Source: an uncultured Nitrososphaerota archaeon (GTDB taxonomy: Archaea; Korarchaeota; Korarchaeia; Korarchaeales; Korarchaeaceae). From it: a stretch of DNA of 15,825 bases. The notes below the pieces were generated by a model. The model searched no databases. It had not been told where the DNA came from and saw only the letters and a program-made list of their open reading frames with translations. How positions within the stretch are numbered: position 1 is the first letter of the stretch; every line of letters begins with the position of its first letter. Of the stretch, positions 6,283 to 15,061 are shown one piece after another. Made by a program: the position numbers and the translations under genes. Location: positions 1 to 15,825 of the forward strand of contig CAYZRF010000032.1 of assembly GCA_964480775.1 (NCBI GenBank). The letters run 5' to 3'.

Positions 6283-7122
6283 CTAACTTAAAGACCCTGC
6301 GATTGACCATTCAGCATCGAATTTCCGTTCAAAGTCTTCTATCTCCTTTTTTCGGTATAGTAAACTATATCTCGATATTTTCTTTCCCATATCTTTGAAG
6401 GAATGGCCGAAGTGGTAATACTCACATCTATTGACCACGATAAATCGGTCATGGTAAGCCCAACTAAACTTTATCTCTAGCTTATTTGAGACTCTTCTTA
6501 TTTCGCTAAGTTTTCTTTTATACTCTGGCTTCATTCTTGGGCTAGTTAGAACCTTAACCGATGTTCTCGGAGATGTGTATGAAATTAGTTGGAGCAAGGT
6601 GTCTGGATCCAAGTATGGATCTATGAGAATGAGCTCCCTGTCAGCTCTTCCTATCAAGGACTTTAGAGAAATTTGCCCTTCGGTCGGGATTAAAGACGAA
6701 GATACTAATTTTTCTGTGAGTCTTACTCTGGGAGCTTCGCCTCGTAATACATTGAAGGTCTTTCTGAAGATCGACTCCTCATCAAAGTAAACGATAATCT
6801 CAAATTTTCCATATTCTTGGAATAGCCAACGTATTGGAATGGCTACTACAAACATCTTATCTTTGTCTATCTCTCCTTCGATCTCTAGAGTAAACTTCTT
6901 GTCCTCTATTATTCTGTCGTTTTGATCTCTATATATAAGACGAATGGAGGTTCTCTTCAGCTCCCTGATACCAAAACTTCCCTCCATCACGATGTGTGTT
7001 TCCAATGTGTAGGATGTCTTATCAATTGCTATTTGATCTCCTGGATTATAGCCAATTAAGGTGAGTTTGTTGTACTGGCTTAGTTCAATCTCATCGCACA
7101 GATAGATTCTATGAACTTCCAC
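6283..7122 (-). CDS. Orphan two-domain protein (279 aa): a beta-rich N-terminal domain of unknown function and a C-terminal phospholipase-D-fold-like domain with an H-D-R variant of the HKD motif.
   Basis: The C-terminal half reads ELILIDPYLDPDTL...VKVLTS...WAYHDRFIVVNRCEYYHFGHSFKDMGKK. The HDR codons are at 6453-6445. The order H-x-(K->R)-x4-N ... G-x-S-x-x-D mirrors the HxK(x)4D...GSxN order of PLD/Nuc-type domains and of the non-catalytic MIT_C-type PLD fold. The start is GTG at 7122 with no clear RBS, so the start position is uncertain. Confidence 0.7.
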   Translation of the reverse strand: MEVHRIYLCDEIELSQYNKLTLIGYNPGDQIAIDKTSYTLETHIVMEGSFGIRELKRTSIRLIYRDQNDRIIEDKKFTLEIEGEIDKDKMFVVAIPIRWLFQEYGKFEIIVYFDEESIFRKTFNVLRGEAPRVRLTEKLVSSSLIPTEGQISLKSLIGRADRELILIDPYLDPDTLLQLISYTSPRTSVKVLTSPRMKPEYKRKLSEIRRVSNKLEIKFSWAYHDRFIVVNRCEYYHFGHSFKDMGKKISRYSLLYRKKEIEDFERKFDAEWSIAGSLS

Positions 7123-7192
7123 TTTATTCTCAAGAAAATGTAGTTGTGATAATTGGTTAAAAACACGTTTGTTGTTTTGATTTTCTAATATC

Positions 7193-7462
7193 TCAGCAGG
7201 TTTTTAGGACTCGCGCGCTTATGCCCTTTACTGTAAGCTCTCTGATGGTGACTTCGAAAAAATCATGAAAATCTTTTAGATGATCTCCTTTAAGGATTTC
7301 CAGAAAAATGAAAGGAAAAAGTAGGTTCCAGGACCAACATATGAAATATAATTTTCTGATCATATTAAGCCTGACGTTCATAGCTCGTAACTTCTGGCCT
7401 CCAGTTCCCAGTCCAATATGCCGGATAGTAAGCTATACAAGCACAGCAATTCTTTTCCTCAT
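7193..7462 (-). pseudogene. Decayed ORF with a good RBS and ATG, but an in-frame TAG after 9 codons.
   Basis: The reverse strand reads GAGGTGATGATAAG-ATG AGG AAA AGA ATT GCT GTG CTT GTA TAG, then continues as LTIRHIGLGTGGQKLRAMNVRL... into the 62-aa ORF-track entry (7193-7381). GGTGAT sits 6 nt before the ATG, a canonical Thermococcales-type RBS. The original function is unknown. Confidence 0.3.
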
Positions 7463-7480
7463 CTTATCATCACCTCAAAA

Positions 7481-7506
7481 AATACCTTAAATATATTTAA
7501 GGTATT
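7481..7506. promoter_or_regulatory. 26-bp perfect palindrome AATACCTTAAATA|TATTTAAGGTATT, a candidate operator and/or bidirectional TATA element upstream of hsdM.
   Basis: The two 13-nt halves are exact reverse complements, verified base by base. It ends 51 nt upstream of the hsdM ATG and begins 19 nt upstream of the decayed divergent ORF. The structure is certain. Any regulatory role is inferred. Confidence 0.45.
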
Positions 7507-7513
7507 GAATTCC

Positions 7514-7529
7514 GAAAAACTTTTATAGG
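7514..7529 (+). promoter_or_regulatory. Candidate BRE/TATA element (GAAAAAC-TTTTATAGG) for the hsdMSR operon.
   Basis: A purine-rich BRE-like string followed by TTTTATAG sits about 28-36 nt upstream of the ATG at 7557. That position fits a near-leaderless archaeal transcript. Confidence 0.35.
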
Positions 7530-7556
7530 TATAGATGTTGTGTTGCAGGATGTGAA

Positions 7557-9323
7557 ATGGACTCGAGCATAAGATGGGATCTGGTCAGTAAGCTAGATGA
7601 TTGGGTGAGAAAGCGCTATCTAGTGCTTATTAAGGAGCTTGGAGGCGAGAAATTTACGGTAGAAGAAGCCGAAGAGGTGTTAAGGAGGCGAGATCTGGAG
7701 ATAGAGAACATTAACAAGTTGATCTCGGCGCTCGTTAAGGCGAGACTTGTTAGGACAGAGATGGACCCGAGGGATTCAAGAAGAAGGATCTATAGCTTCA
7801 TTTTGCCCACAACCCTCTCTGTCGAGACTAAAGCCCCAGGAAGGGATGAGTTGATAAGGCTCCTAAAGAGCGGCGCGGACCTAATTAGGACCGCTGTCGA
7901 TTATAAGGTCCTCCTCCTCTTCCTCTTCTACAAAGTCGTAAGTGATAAGTGGAACAGGATAGTGGAGAAATATGAGAGAGAGGGTTTCTCAAAAGAAGAA
8001 GCTTATCTCCTAGCAAATAGCGAGTACTTGATCCTTTACGATGAGAAAGAGGGTAAATTATACAGTTGGGATGAGGTCACGAGGAGCAGGGAGACGATCA
8101 AGGAGATAGCTAACGCGATAATCAAGATATCAAGGATGAACGAGGGTCTCGGAGACTTGCAGAAGCTCGTCGAGGTCCTAGGGTTCCTAGGGTTCATAAC
8201 CGAGGACAACATGCACTTATTGGAGGGTCTGGTTCAGCTCTTCAACAAGTATGACTTCGTAGATGTGGATTACGACGCAATTGGAGACGCTTATCAATGG
8301 ATTCTTTCTTATTTTGCACCAGAGAGGGCAAAGGAAGGGGAGACTTACACTCCAAGAGAGGTAATTAGGCTCATAGTTAAACTGCTTGACGCAGAAGATG
8401 GGAGCAGGGTACTTGATCCTGCATGTGGATCAGGAGCAATGCTCATAGAAACTTATAACCATGTTAGGGAAAAGCTAGGGGGCAGAAAGCCTTCTTTAGA
8501 ACTGGTTGGACAAGAGAGAAATGAGATTATGGCCATCATAGCTAAGATGAACCTAATTCTTCACGGAATCGATGGCTACGAGATTCATCTGGGAGACAGT
8601 CTTACTAACCCTAGGTTCGGGAAGGCCGATTATGTGATAGCTAACCCTCCGTGGAACCAAGACGGCTATAGCGAGAGCAACTTGGGAGATCCTACGGTTA
8701 GGAGAATCTATACAAGCTTTGTTTCCAACGGCTTCCCTCCAAAGAGCAGTGCAGACTGGGCCTGGGTTCAGCTGATGCTATATCACACTGAGAAAAAGGT
8801 TGGAATTGTGTTGGATCAGGGAGCCCTTTTCAGAGGAGGAAGGGAGAAGAGGATAAGGAGAGCAATTGTAGAGAAAGATCTCATCGAAGCCGTGATTCTG
8901 TTGCCTGAAAAGCTCTTCTACAATGTGCAGGCTCCTGGAATAGTTATGATTCTGAACAGAAATAAGCCCGAAGAGAGAAAGAATAAGGTTCTCTTCATAA
9001 ATGCATCCCAGGAATATGAGAAGCATCCAGAGATAAGAAGACTGAACATACTTGGCGAAAAGAACATAGAACGAATCGTTGACGTCTATAAGAATTTCAA
9101 GGACGTGGAAGGATTTGCAAAAGTTGTCCCCATTGAGGAGATAAAGGAGAAAGACTACAACCTGAACGTAACTCTTTACGCGTTTCCTGTTGAGGAAATT
9201 GAAGAGATCGATTTAGCTGAGGAGCTTAAGGAGTTTCAAGAAATTGAGCAAAGAGAGAAGGAAGCCATAGAAAGAGCAGTAAGGTATGTGAGGGAGATCT
9301 TGGAGGTGATAGGAGATGAGTAG
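7557..9323 (+). CDS. hsdM: Type I restriction-modification system, N6-adenine DNA methyltransferase subunit (588 aa), with an extra N-terminal MarR-like winged-helix domain.
   Basis: The HsdM_N-like helical region is [27 protein letters not shown]. AdoMet motif I is [12 protein letters not shown] (nt 8415 onward). Catalytic motif IV is NPPW (nt 8643-8654). The first ~95 aa ([51 protein letters not shown]) form a wHTH-with-wing pattern that precedes the usual HsdM N-terminus. The stop overlaps the hsdS start by 8 nt. Confidence 0.95.
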   Translation: MDSSIRWDLVSKLDDWVRKRYLVLIKELGGEKFTVEEAEEVLRRRDLEIENINKLISALVKARLVRTEMDPRDSRRRIYSFILPTTLSVETKAPGRDELIRLLKSGADLIRTAVDYKVLLLFLFYKVVSDKWNRIVEKYEREGFSKEEAYLLANSEYLILYDEKEGKLYSWDEVTRSRETIKEIANAIIKISRMNEGLGDLQKLVEVLGFLGFITEDNMHLLEGLVQLFNKYDFVDVDYDAIGDAYQWILSYFAPERAKEGETYTPREVIRLIVKLLDAEDGSRVLDPACGSGAMLIETYNHVREKLGGRKPSLELVGQERNEIMAIIAKMNLILHGIDGYEIHLGDSLTNPRFGKADYVIANPPWNQDGYSESNLGDPTVRRIYTSFVSNGFPPKSSADWAWVQLMLYHTEKKVGIVLDQGALFRGGREKRIRRAIVEKDLIEAVILLPEKLFYNVQAPGIVMILNRNKPEERKNKVLFINASQEYEKHPEIRRLNILGEKNIERIVDVYKNFKDVEGFAKVVPIEEIKEKDYNLNVTLYAFPVEEIEEIDLAEELKEFQEIEQREKEAIERAVRYVREILEVIGDE

Positions 9324-10596
9324 GTTCTACAGAGAGACAGGATTCAAGAAAACAGAGATAGGAGAGATCCCTAAAGAGTGGGAGGTTGTTAGACTCAAAG
9401 AAGTCGCAAGGATAAGAAGAGGGAGAGTTCCTAGCAATGTCAGCAAGATAGCCTTCATTCCAATGGAGTTAATCCCAGACGATCATATCTATGTGAGTTT
9501 TAGAATGCGAGAGATAAAGGATGTAAGTAGTTATACATACTGTGAAGCAGGAGATTTGCTATTGGCCAAAATTACGCCTTGTTTGGAGAATGGAAAGCAA
9601 GGAATAGTCCCTGAGGATGTACCTCATGGTTTTGCACTCGCTACCACAGAAGTCTATCCGCTAGTTAGTAATGTACAGAAAATTCACAAGTTATTCCTAT
9701 TTTATACACTAAAATTTTCCAAATATAGAAGAATATTGGAATTTTCAATGAGAGGAACAACAGGCAGGCAGAGAGTTCCAAGAAGCGCTGTTGAAAACTT
9801 AATCATCGGCCTTCCCCCTCTTCAAGAACAGAAGAAGATAGCTGAAGTGCTCTCAGCCTTAGATGAAGCCATCCAAACGATTGATGAGGCTATAGCGAGG
9901 ACAGAGCGCCTGAAGAAGGGCTTGATGCAGGAGCTTCTAACAAAAGGGATAGGGCATAGGGAATTCAAGGAGACGGAGATAGGAAGGATACCAAAGGAGT
10001 GGGAGGTTGCTAAAGTCAAAGATAAGTTTTACGTTGAAACCGGTACCACACCTTCCACAAAGAGGAAGGAGTATTGGGAAAATGGGGTAATAAATTGGTT
10101 CACACCAATTGATTTGAGTAAGTTAAACGGAAAGATGTTCTTAGAGGAAAGTGAGAGAAAAATAACTAGAAAAGCTTTAGAGGATGCTCACTTGACGGTC
10201 ATTCCTAGAGGATCTATCTTAATTTCTACCCGAGCACCAGTTGGGTATGTAGCTGTACTGAAGAAAGAAGGCGCCTTTAATCAAGGCTGCAAGGGATTAG
10301 TACCTAAAAACCCACAAGAAATATGCTCTGAGTTCTATAGTTATTATTTTACCAGTATAAGGCGTATACTAGAGAGCTTAAGCGGCGGTAGCACCTTTAA
10401 AGAACTTTCAAAGAAAATGCTTGAAAACCTCGTCATCCCACTCCCACCAATCAGAGAGCAGAAGAAGATAGCTGAGATTCTCCTGACAATTGATGCAGTC
10501 TTAGAAAATAAGAGAAGGAAGAAAGAGAAGCTTGGGAGAATGAAGAGAGCGTTGATGAACCTCTTATTGACCGGGAAGGTGAGAGTAAGAACATGA
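9316..10596 (+). CDS. hsdS: Type I restriction-modification system, specificity subunit (426 aa, two target-recognition domains).
   Basis: Classic internal duplication. [19 protein letters not shown] (nt 9343-9399) matches [19 protein letters not shown] (nt 9964-10020). [21 protein letters not shown] (nt 9811-9873) matches [21 protein letters not shown] (nt 10441-10503). Two dissimilar TRDs lie between these conserved helical spacers. The stop overlaps the hsdR start (ATGA, 10593-10596). Confidence 0.95.
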   Translation: MSRFYRETGFKKTEIGEIPKEWEVVRLKEVARIRRGRVPSNVSKIAFIPMELIPDDHIYVSFRMREIKDVSSYTYCEAGDLLLAKITPCLENGKQGIVPEDVPHGFALATTEVYPLVSNVQKIHKLFLFYTLKFSKYRRILEFSMRGTTGRQRVPRSAVENLIIGLPPLQEQKKIAEVLSALDEAIQTIDEAIARTERLKKGLMQELLTKGIGHREFKETEIGRIPKEWEVAKVKDKFYVETGTTPSTKRKEYWENGVINWFTPIDLSKLNGKMFLEESERKITRKALEDAHLTVIPRGSILISTRAPVGYVAVLKKEGAFNQGCKGLVPKNPQEICSEFYSYYFTSIRRILESLSGGSTFKELSKKMLENLVIPLPPIREQKKIAEILLTIDAVLENKRRKKEKLGRMKRALMNLLLTGKVRVRT

Positions 10597-13500
10597 GTTA
10601 CGCTCCATATCTTAATGACATAAGACCTTTGCTCCCTGAATGGCCTGACGCAAAAAAGCTTGAAGAAAAACTCAGAGAACTCGGATGGGAAGATGGGAAG
10701 AAATACAGTTTAGAGGAACACATGCTTCTAGAAGATCCGATCCACGATGAGATCTTTGAAGAAACATTTGAGAGGATAAATGAGCACTCCCTAATGGATC
10801 TAACTCCAGCTGAGAAAAGAGAGGTACTAGATCAGGTGAAGAGTCTCCTCAGGAATGCCAGCGAGGAGGCCCTTCTCGACTACCTTAAGCACGGTGTTGA
10901 CGTGACCGTAAAGAGGGAGAGGAGAACCTTTATCCTAATAGATTTCGAGAATTTGAGAGAGAACAAGTTCATTTACGCCCACGAGCTAAAGTTTCCAGGC
11001 TCGCCAGAGAACGTAAAACCAGATTTCACCCTGTTTGTGAATGGGATACCCCTAGCAGTTATAGAGGTCGAGCCGTCAACCAAGCTGGGCTCAGTTGAGG
11101 AGGGAATAAAGCAGATAAGGAGGTACGAGCAGCAGTCTCCTGATCTCTTCAGATTCGTTCAGCTCGGAGTAGCCTATGCCGACGATAAGCTGTTCATTCC
11201 TACTTTCCCTAACTGGGAGAAGAGAAAGAGGTTCCTTCCAGGCAACCCTTGGAAGGTGGAGAGGAAGATAAACGGAAAGACGGTTAAGGAGGAGGACATC
11301 CATCACCTATTAAGGCCAGGTACCATCTTGAATGTTGTTAGATGGTTTACCTTCTTCAGGGATAAAAACGGACTCAAGGAGAAGCTCATAGGCAGGTATA
11401 ACCAATACTCGGCAACAGAGAAGATCCTTAGAAGGATTCACGAGTATCTAAGCGGTGGAGAGAGGAGAAGGGGACTCATATGGCACTGGCAGGGGAGCGG
11501 TAAGACCTACACCATGTTCTTCGCAGCAAATAGGTTTTTCGAGGAATTTTTCGGTGAGGATCCACTCATCTTCTTTGTTGTTGATAGAAGAGATCTCCAG
11601 AGACAACTCAGAGATTTTCTAAATGGGTTGAGGGCCTTAAAATTCAAGAGCTACCTCCACATCGTAGATAACATCGATAAGCTGAAAGAAGCCATATCGG
11701 AAATAAAGAGGAGCGAGTACAAGAAGGGGATAATAGCTAGGGGGATCTACATAGTTCTCATACAGAAATTTAGAAGAGAGGATTTTGAGGACCTGCTTGA
11801 AGCCCTTGGAAGGGAATATCTCGACCACGTAAAGCAGGTTGATCCAGAGAAGTATGAATGGATCATTGATGAACTAGAAAAACTACCTCCAGAGGAGAGC
11901 AGGATAAGACTAATAGATCTTGGTGGAATAAAGAAGAAGGAGATACTCCTGTTGATAGACGAGGCTCATAGGAGCCAGTATGGTCTTTTGGCGTCGGTAA
12001 TGAAGAACGTCTTCCCCAACGCCATGAGGGTAGCTTTCACCGGCACCCCCGTGTTCAAGTTCGAGAGGAACACGTTCGAGGAGTTCGCTTATCCACCAAA
12101 GGAGTATTACTTAGATGTTTACTTTATAAGAGATTCAATAAGGGACAAGTTCACGCTACCAATAGCCTACGATGTAGTTCAGGAGGGAGAACCCCTATTC
12201 GAAGGCGTCAAGATACTTCTAAGCGATGAAGATGTTAAGAATTACATAGAGGAGTGGATCGAGGCTTCGGAGGAGGAGGGTGGAAGCATAGCTGACGATG
12301 TGGAGAGCGTACTGGATGCATGGGAGGAAGTACCTGCAACCATCCCGTTTGTGACGAAGAGTGAGATAAGGCGTTATCTCAACAAGGTTAAGGTCTTCCT
12401 GACAAATGAGAAGAGGTTAGAGAAGCTAGCTGAGTACATAGCAAGGAGAATGGAGGAGGATACTGAGGGCTTCAGGTTCAAGGCAATGGTGGTGGCAGCC
12501 AACAGGGAGGCCTGCGTCATCCTGAAGAGGTACTTGGATGAGAAGTTGCTCGAAATATATAGGCCTAAGTACGGCGAGGAGGTAAAGGAATGGACAGAAG
12601 TCGTGATGACGTACGATCAGAACGATAAGGACGAGGTCCTCAGATATAAGGAGGAGCTGATCAGGAGGAGGGGGAAGAGAGACACCAGTGAGATAAATTC
12701 CGACATACAAAGGGAGTTCAAGGAGGAGGAAAACCCAAAGATCCTGATAGTCACGGATATGTTGATAACTGGATTCGATGCTCCTAGGCTCAAGGTTATG
12801 TACCTTGATAAGCCCCTTTACGAGCACAGGCTCCTCCAAGCCATCGCTAGGGTGAACAGGCCATACGAGGATGGCGTCGTTAAGAAGGAAATGGGTCTTA
12901 TAGTCGACTCTGTAGGACTCTTAAGACATGTCAGGGAGAGCCTCAGGAAGTTCGAACTCATAGCTGAAGGGGAAATTGCATCGGACTTGGAGGAGAACCT
13001 ACTTAGCAAGGTTGAAGAGAGGTTCGAGGAGTTCAAGAAGATGTTGAAGGACACTAAGGGGCTGCTAAGGACCCTGAATGTTGAGGGTAGAGAACTAACG
13101 ATAGACATTGATCGCATAAAGGAAGCAATTGAGTCTGACAAGAGGATAGCCTTGGAACTCATGGATGAGTTAGATAGAAAGCTAAGGGTAATAGCGTTGT
13201 TCTGGGACAGAGCTGAAGTTCAGAGGATCCTTAGCTTAATGAGGGAAGTGATACAGCAGTACAGGGCTCTTGGATCCCACAGGGGAAAGATGCATTATGC
13301 CACGGACATCAAGATCCTAGCATACGCATACGGCAAGCTGCTCCACTATATAAGGGGGAAGAGAGCACCAAAGGAGTTCTGGGAGGGTCTGATAGAGATC
13401 ATACATGAGAAGACCTTAGTTGAAGACTTCAGAAAGGTTACCTCAGCTAGGATTACCGAAGAGGATTTGAGGGAATTGCTGAGTAGGTTAGAGAAGATCA

Positions 13501-14024
13501 GGGCAAGCGAACTAATTCCTGAGAGGGAGGTTGCTGATGCATACAGGATTATCAGAAGCCTACTCGACGAACTCCCGCAAAACCCAATTTACAAGGAGAT
13601 AAGGGATAGGATAGAGAGGGCCAGGAGGGACTGGATCGCCAGGAACATAGGGGTAGAGGAGTTCCTTAACCTGTTGATGAGCTCCATTAATGACAAGTTG
13701 GTGTATGATGAGAAGGTTGCCTCCATGGCGACAGAAGATAGGATAGCTGAGACCGTAAGGACGCTGATAGCGCGGAAGTATGGAGTAGGGAAGGAGGTAA
13801 AGCTAGAACTTCCGAACTTTAGAAGGAGCCTCTCAGAAGCGTGTATGGCCGCTAAAATCGTAACTCTTCACGAGAAGCGTATTAGAACCGCTCTTATGAG
13901 GGACCTGTTCAAGGAGTTGAAAAGGGAGGGTTTCGAAATTTCAGAGTTAAAGAGGTTCGCGGAAGAAGTCACTAGGGATTATGTTTTAAAGGAACTCGCC
14001 AGATCAAAGGGAGTGGCGCGCTAG
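10593..14024 (+). CDS. hsdR: Type I restriction-modification system, restriction/translocase subunit (1143 aa).
   Basis: The N-terminal PD-(D/E)xK region is [23 protein letters not shown]2 helicase motifs are I WQGSGKT (nt 11493-11507), II DEAH (nt 11958-11969), III FTGTP, and [18 protein letters not shown]...[10 protein letters not shown] long helical C-terminal domain follows. It is translationally coupled to hsdS. Confidence 0.95.
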   Translation: MSYAPYLNDIRPLLPEWPDAKKLEEKLRELGWEDGKKYSLEEHMLLEDPIHDEIFEETFERINEHSLMDLTPAEKREVLDQVKSLLRNASEEALLDYLKHGVDVTVKRERRTFILIDFENLRENKFIYAHELKFPGSPENVKPDFTLFVNGIPLAVIEVEPSTKLGSVEEGIKQIRRYEQQSPDLFRFVQLGVAYADDKLFIPTFPNWEKRKRFLPGNPWKVERKINGKTVKEEDIHHLLRPGTILNVVRWFTFFRDKNGLKEKLIGRYNQYSATEKILRRIHEYLSGGERRRGLIWHWQGSGKTYTMFFAANRFFEEFFGEDPLIFFVVDRRDLQRQLRDFLNGLRALKFKSYLHIVDNIDKLKEAISEIKRSEYKKGIIARGIYIVLIQKFRREDFEDLLEALGREYLDHVKQVDPEKYEWIIDELEKLPPEESRIRLIDLGGIKKKEILLLIDEAHRSQYGLLASVMKNVFPNAMRVAFTGTPVFKFERNTFEEFAYPPKEYYLDVYFIRDSIRDKFTLPIAYDVVQEGEPLFEGVKILLSDEDVKNYIEEWIEASEEEGGSIADDVESVLDAWEEVPATIPFVTKSEIRRYLNKVKVFLTNEKRLEKLAEYIARRMEEDTEGFRFKAMVVAANREACVILKRYLDEKLLEIYRPKYGEEVKEWTEVVMTYDQNDKDEVLRYKEELIRRRGKRDTSEINSDIQREFKEEENPKILIVTDMLITGFDAPRLKVMYLDKPLYEHRLLQAIARVNRPYEDGVVKKEMGLIVDSVGLLRHVRESLRKFELIAEGEIASDLEENLLSKVEERFEEFKKMLKDTKGLLRTLNVEGRELTIDIDRIKEAIESDKRIALELMDELDRKLRVIALFWDRAEVQRILSLMREVIQQYRALGSHRGKMHYATDIKILAYAYGKLLHYIRGKRAPKEFWEGLIEIIHEKTLVEDFRKVTSARITEEDLRELLSRLEKIRASELIPEREVADAYRIIRSLLDELPQNPIYKEIRDRIERARRDWIARNIGVEEFLNLLMSSINDKLVYDEKVASMATEDRIAETVRTLIARKYGVGKEVKLELPNFRRSLSEACMAAKIVTLHEKRIRTALMRDLFKELKREGFEISELKRFAEEVTRDYVLKELARSKGVAR

Positions 14025-14399
14025 ATGAACAGAGAACACATAACAAGGATGCTAGAGGAGCTCAAGACTATGCTAGGTATAAAGGAGAAGGTGAAGTTAG
14101 AGCTGAGACCTCTTAAGACGAAAGCAGCTTCGGTTTCCTTAAAGAGGAACGTCATCAGGCTGAGCAAGGGTGTAGTTTCAGGGCTAGATGAGAAACCGGT
14201 GAGGTACTTGATACTGCACGAGCTAGTTCATCTTAAGCTGAGGTCGATTCACCACACAAATGATTTCTACAGGATGGTCCACAGCATAGTTAAGGAGGAG
14301 GAAGTTAAGGAATTCGAGGAAGATATAATAGCAAAGCTCATAGAGTTGAATAGTAGAGGAATCAAGGCAGTAATTGATCGCTCAGGTACACCTTTTTGA
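14025..14399 (+). CDS. Short DUF45/YgjP-like (M48-type) zinc metallopeptidase-fold protein (124 aa), last gene of the type I RM operon.
   Basis: The HExxH motif sits in YLILHELVHLKLRSIHHTNDFYRMV, preceded by the ..VSLKRNVIRLSKGV.. segment typical of DUF45 proteins. The ATG at 14025 directly follows the hsdR TAG (14022-14024). DUF45 genes are a known frequent neighbour of hsdR. Confidence 0.8.
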   Translation: MNREHITRMLEELKTMLGIKEKVKLELRPLKTKAASVSLKRNVIRLSKGVVSGLDEKPVRYLILHELVHLKLRSIHHTNDFYRMVHSIVKEEEVKEFEEDIIAKLIELNSRGIKAVIDRSGTPF

Positions 14400-14586
14400 C
14401 ATAGGTCGATGAAGTGTTTCTCAAAAGGATTTCAGAATTGCAAGGGCTGAGAGTACTTCCATCATATTCTTCTCAACAATCGATTGCTTTTTCTCAGATT
14501 CCTTTTCTTGACCTTTTCAGCATAATTTGGCTTTAATTATTAGAATCCAGAAAAATCTTAAATGAATTCAGAACACAGTGAATGAG

Positions 14587-15021
14587 ATGTCTTACTGGAT
14601 CTTCGTAACCAACGAGCAGAACTGGAAGGTCGTAAAGGAGAAGAACGTATGGGGCCTGCCAAAGGGAAGGGAGAACTCTATAAAGAGGGTGAAGAAGGGG
14701 GATAAGGCCTTCATCTACCTAATGCAGGAAGCAACAAAGGATAGGACTATTCCAACGAGAATAGTTGGTCTTTTTGAGGTCGAATCGGATCCATTTACGA
14801 GTAGCGAGAGGATATTCAAGGATCGCCTATATCCGAATAGAGTTAGGCTTAAGCCAATTTTGGTTTTGGAGAGGAAGTATTTGGAATTTAAGCCTTTGGT
14901 GCCTAAGCTTAGCTTCATAAAGAACAAGTTAAGATGGTCTGGGTACTTTAGAAGTGGGCTTGTAAAGATTCCAGAGAGAGATTACAATCTGATTAAAACC
15001 AAGATATCTGAATTAGTCTAA
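14587..15021 (+). CDS. EVE/PUA-like (PH1033-type, YTH-like fold) domain protein, about 144 aa.
   Basis: MSYWIFVTNEQNWKVVKEKNVWGLPKGRENSIKRVKKGDKAFIYL...IVGLFEVESDPF...YPNRVRLKPI matches the EVE-domain pattern: an aromatic-rich N-terminal strand, a GD.a.iY segment and a basic beta-barrel. I prefer the ATG at 14587 over the GTG at 14578 used by the ORF track. A TATA-like CTTAAATG lies about 30 nt upstream. Confidence 0.8.
   Translation: MSYWIFVTNEQNWKVVKEKNVWGLPKGRENSIKRVKKGDKAFIYLMQEATKDRTIPTRIVGLFEVESDPFTSSERIFKDRLYPNRVRLKPILVLERKYLEFKPLVPKLSFIKNKLRWSGYFRSGLVKIPERDYNLIKTKISELV
14887..14927. repeat. Right arm core of the inverted repeat: 41 nt exactly reverse-complementary to 4074-4114.
   Basis: See the left arm entry. 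It lies inside the intact EVE gene. Confidence 0.9.
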
Positions 15022-15061
15022 GATCCTTTTAGCGCGTTAGATTCAATTTTGCGTTATATTC

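Noticed and set aside
6575-6790. 71-aa + strand ORF.
   Set aside because: It is antisense to the PLD-like gene and has no recognisable features.
7308-7490. 60-aa + strand ORF in the 7123-7556 spacer.
   Set aside because: It is antisense to the decayed minus-strand ORF, which has the proper RBS and ATG. The peptide is hydrophobic and low-complexity and runs into the palindrome. It is probably not a gene.
8778-13162. - strand ORFs 8778-9026, 9822-10019, 11091-11306, 11637-11828, 12426-12839 and 12818-13162.
   Set aside because: All are nested antisense within hsdM, hsdS or hsdR, whose sense frames carry the full canonical motif sets.
14400-14480. Possible C/D-box sRNA. The + strand has CGATGA...CTGA, and the - strand has ATGATGG...CTGA.
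   Set aside because: The boxes deviate from the RUGAUGA/CUGA consensus. Spacing does not give the C-D'-C'-D layout of 50-60 nt, and no terminal stem is present.
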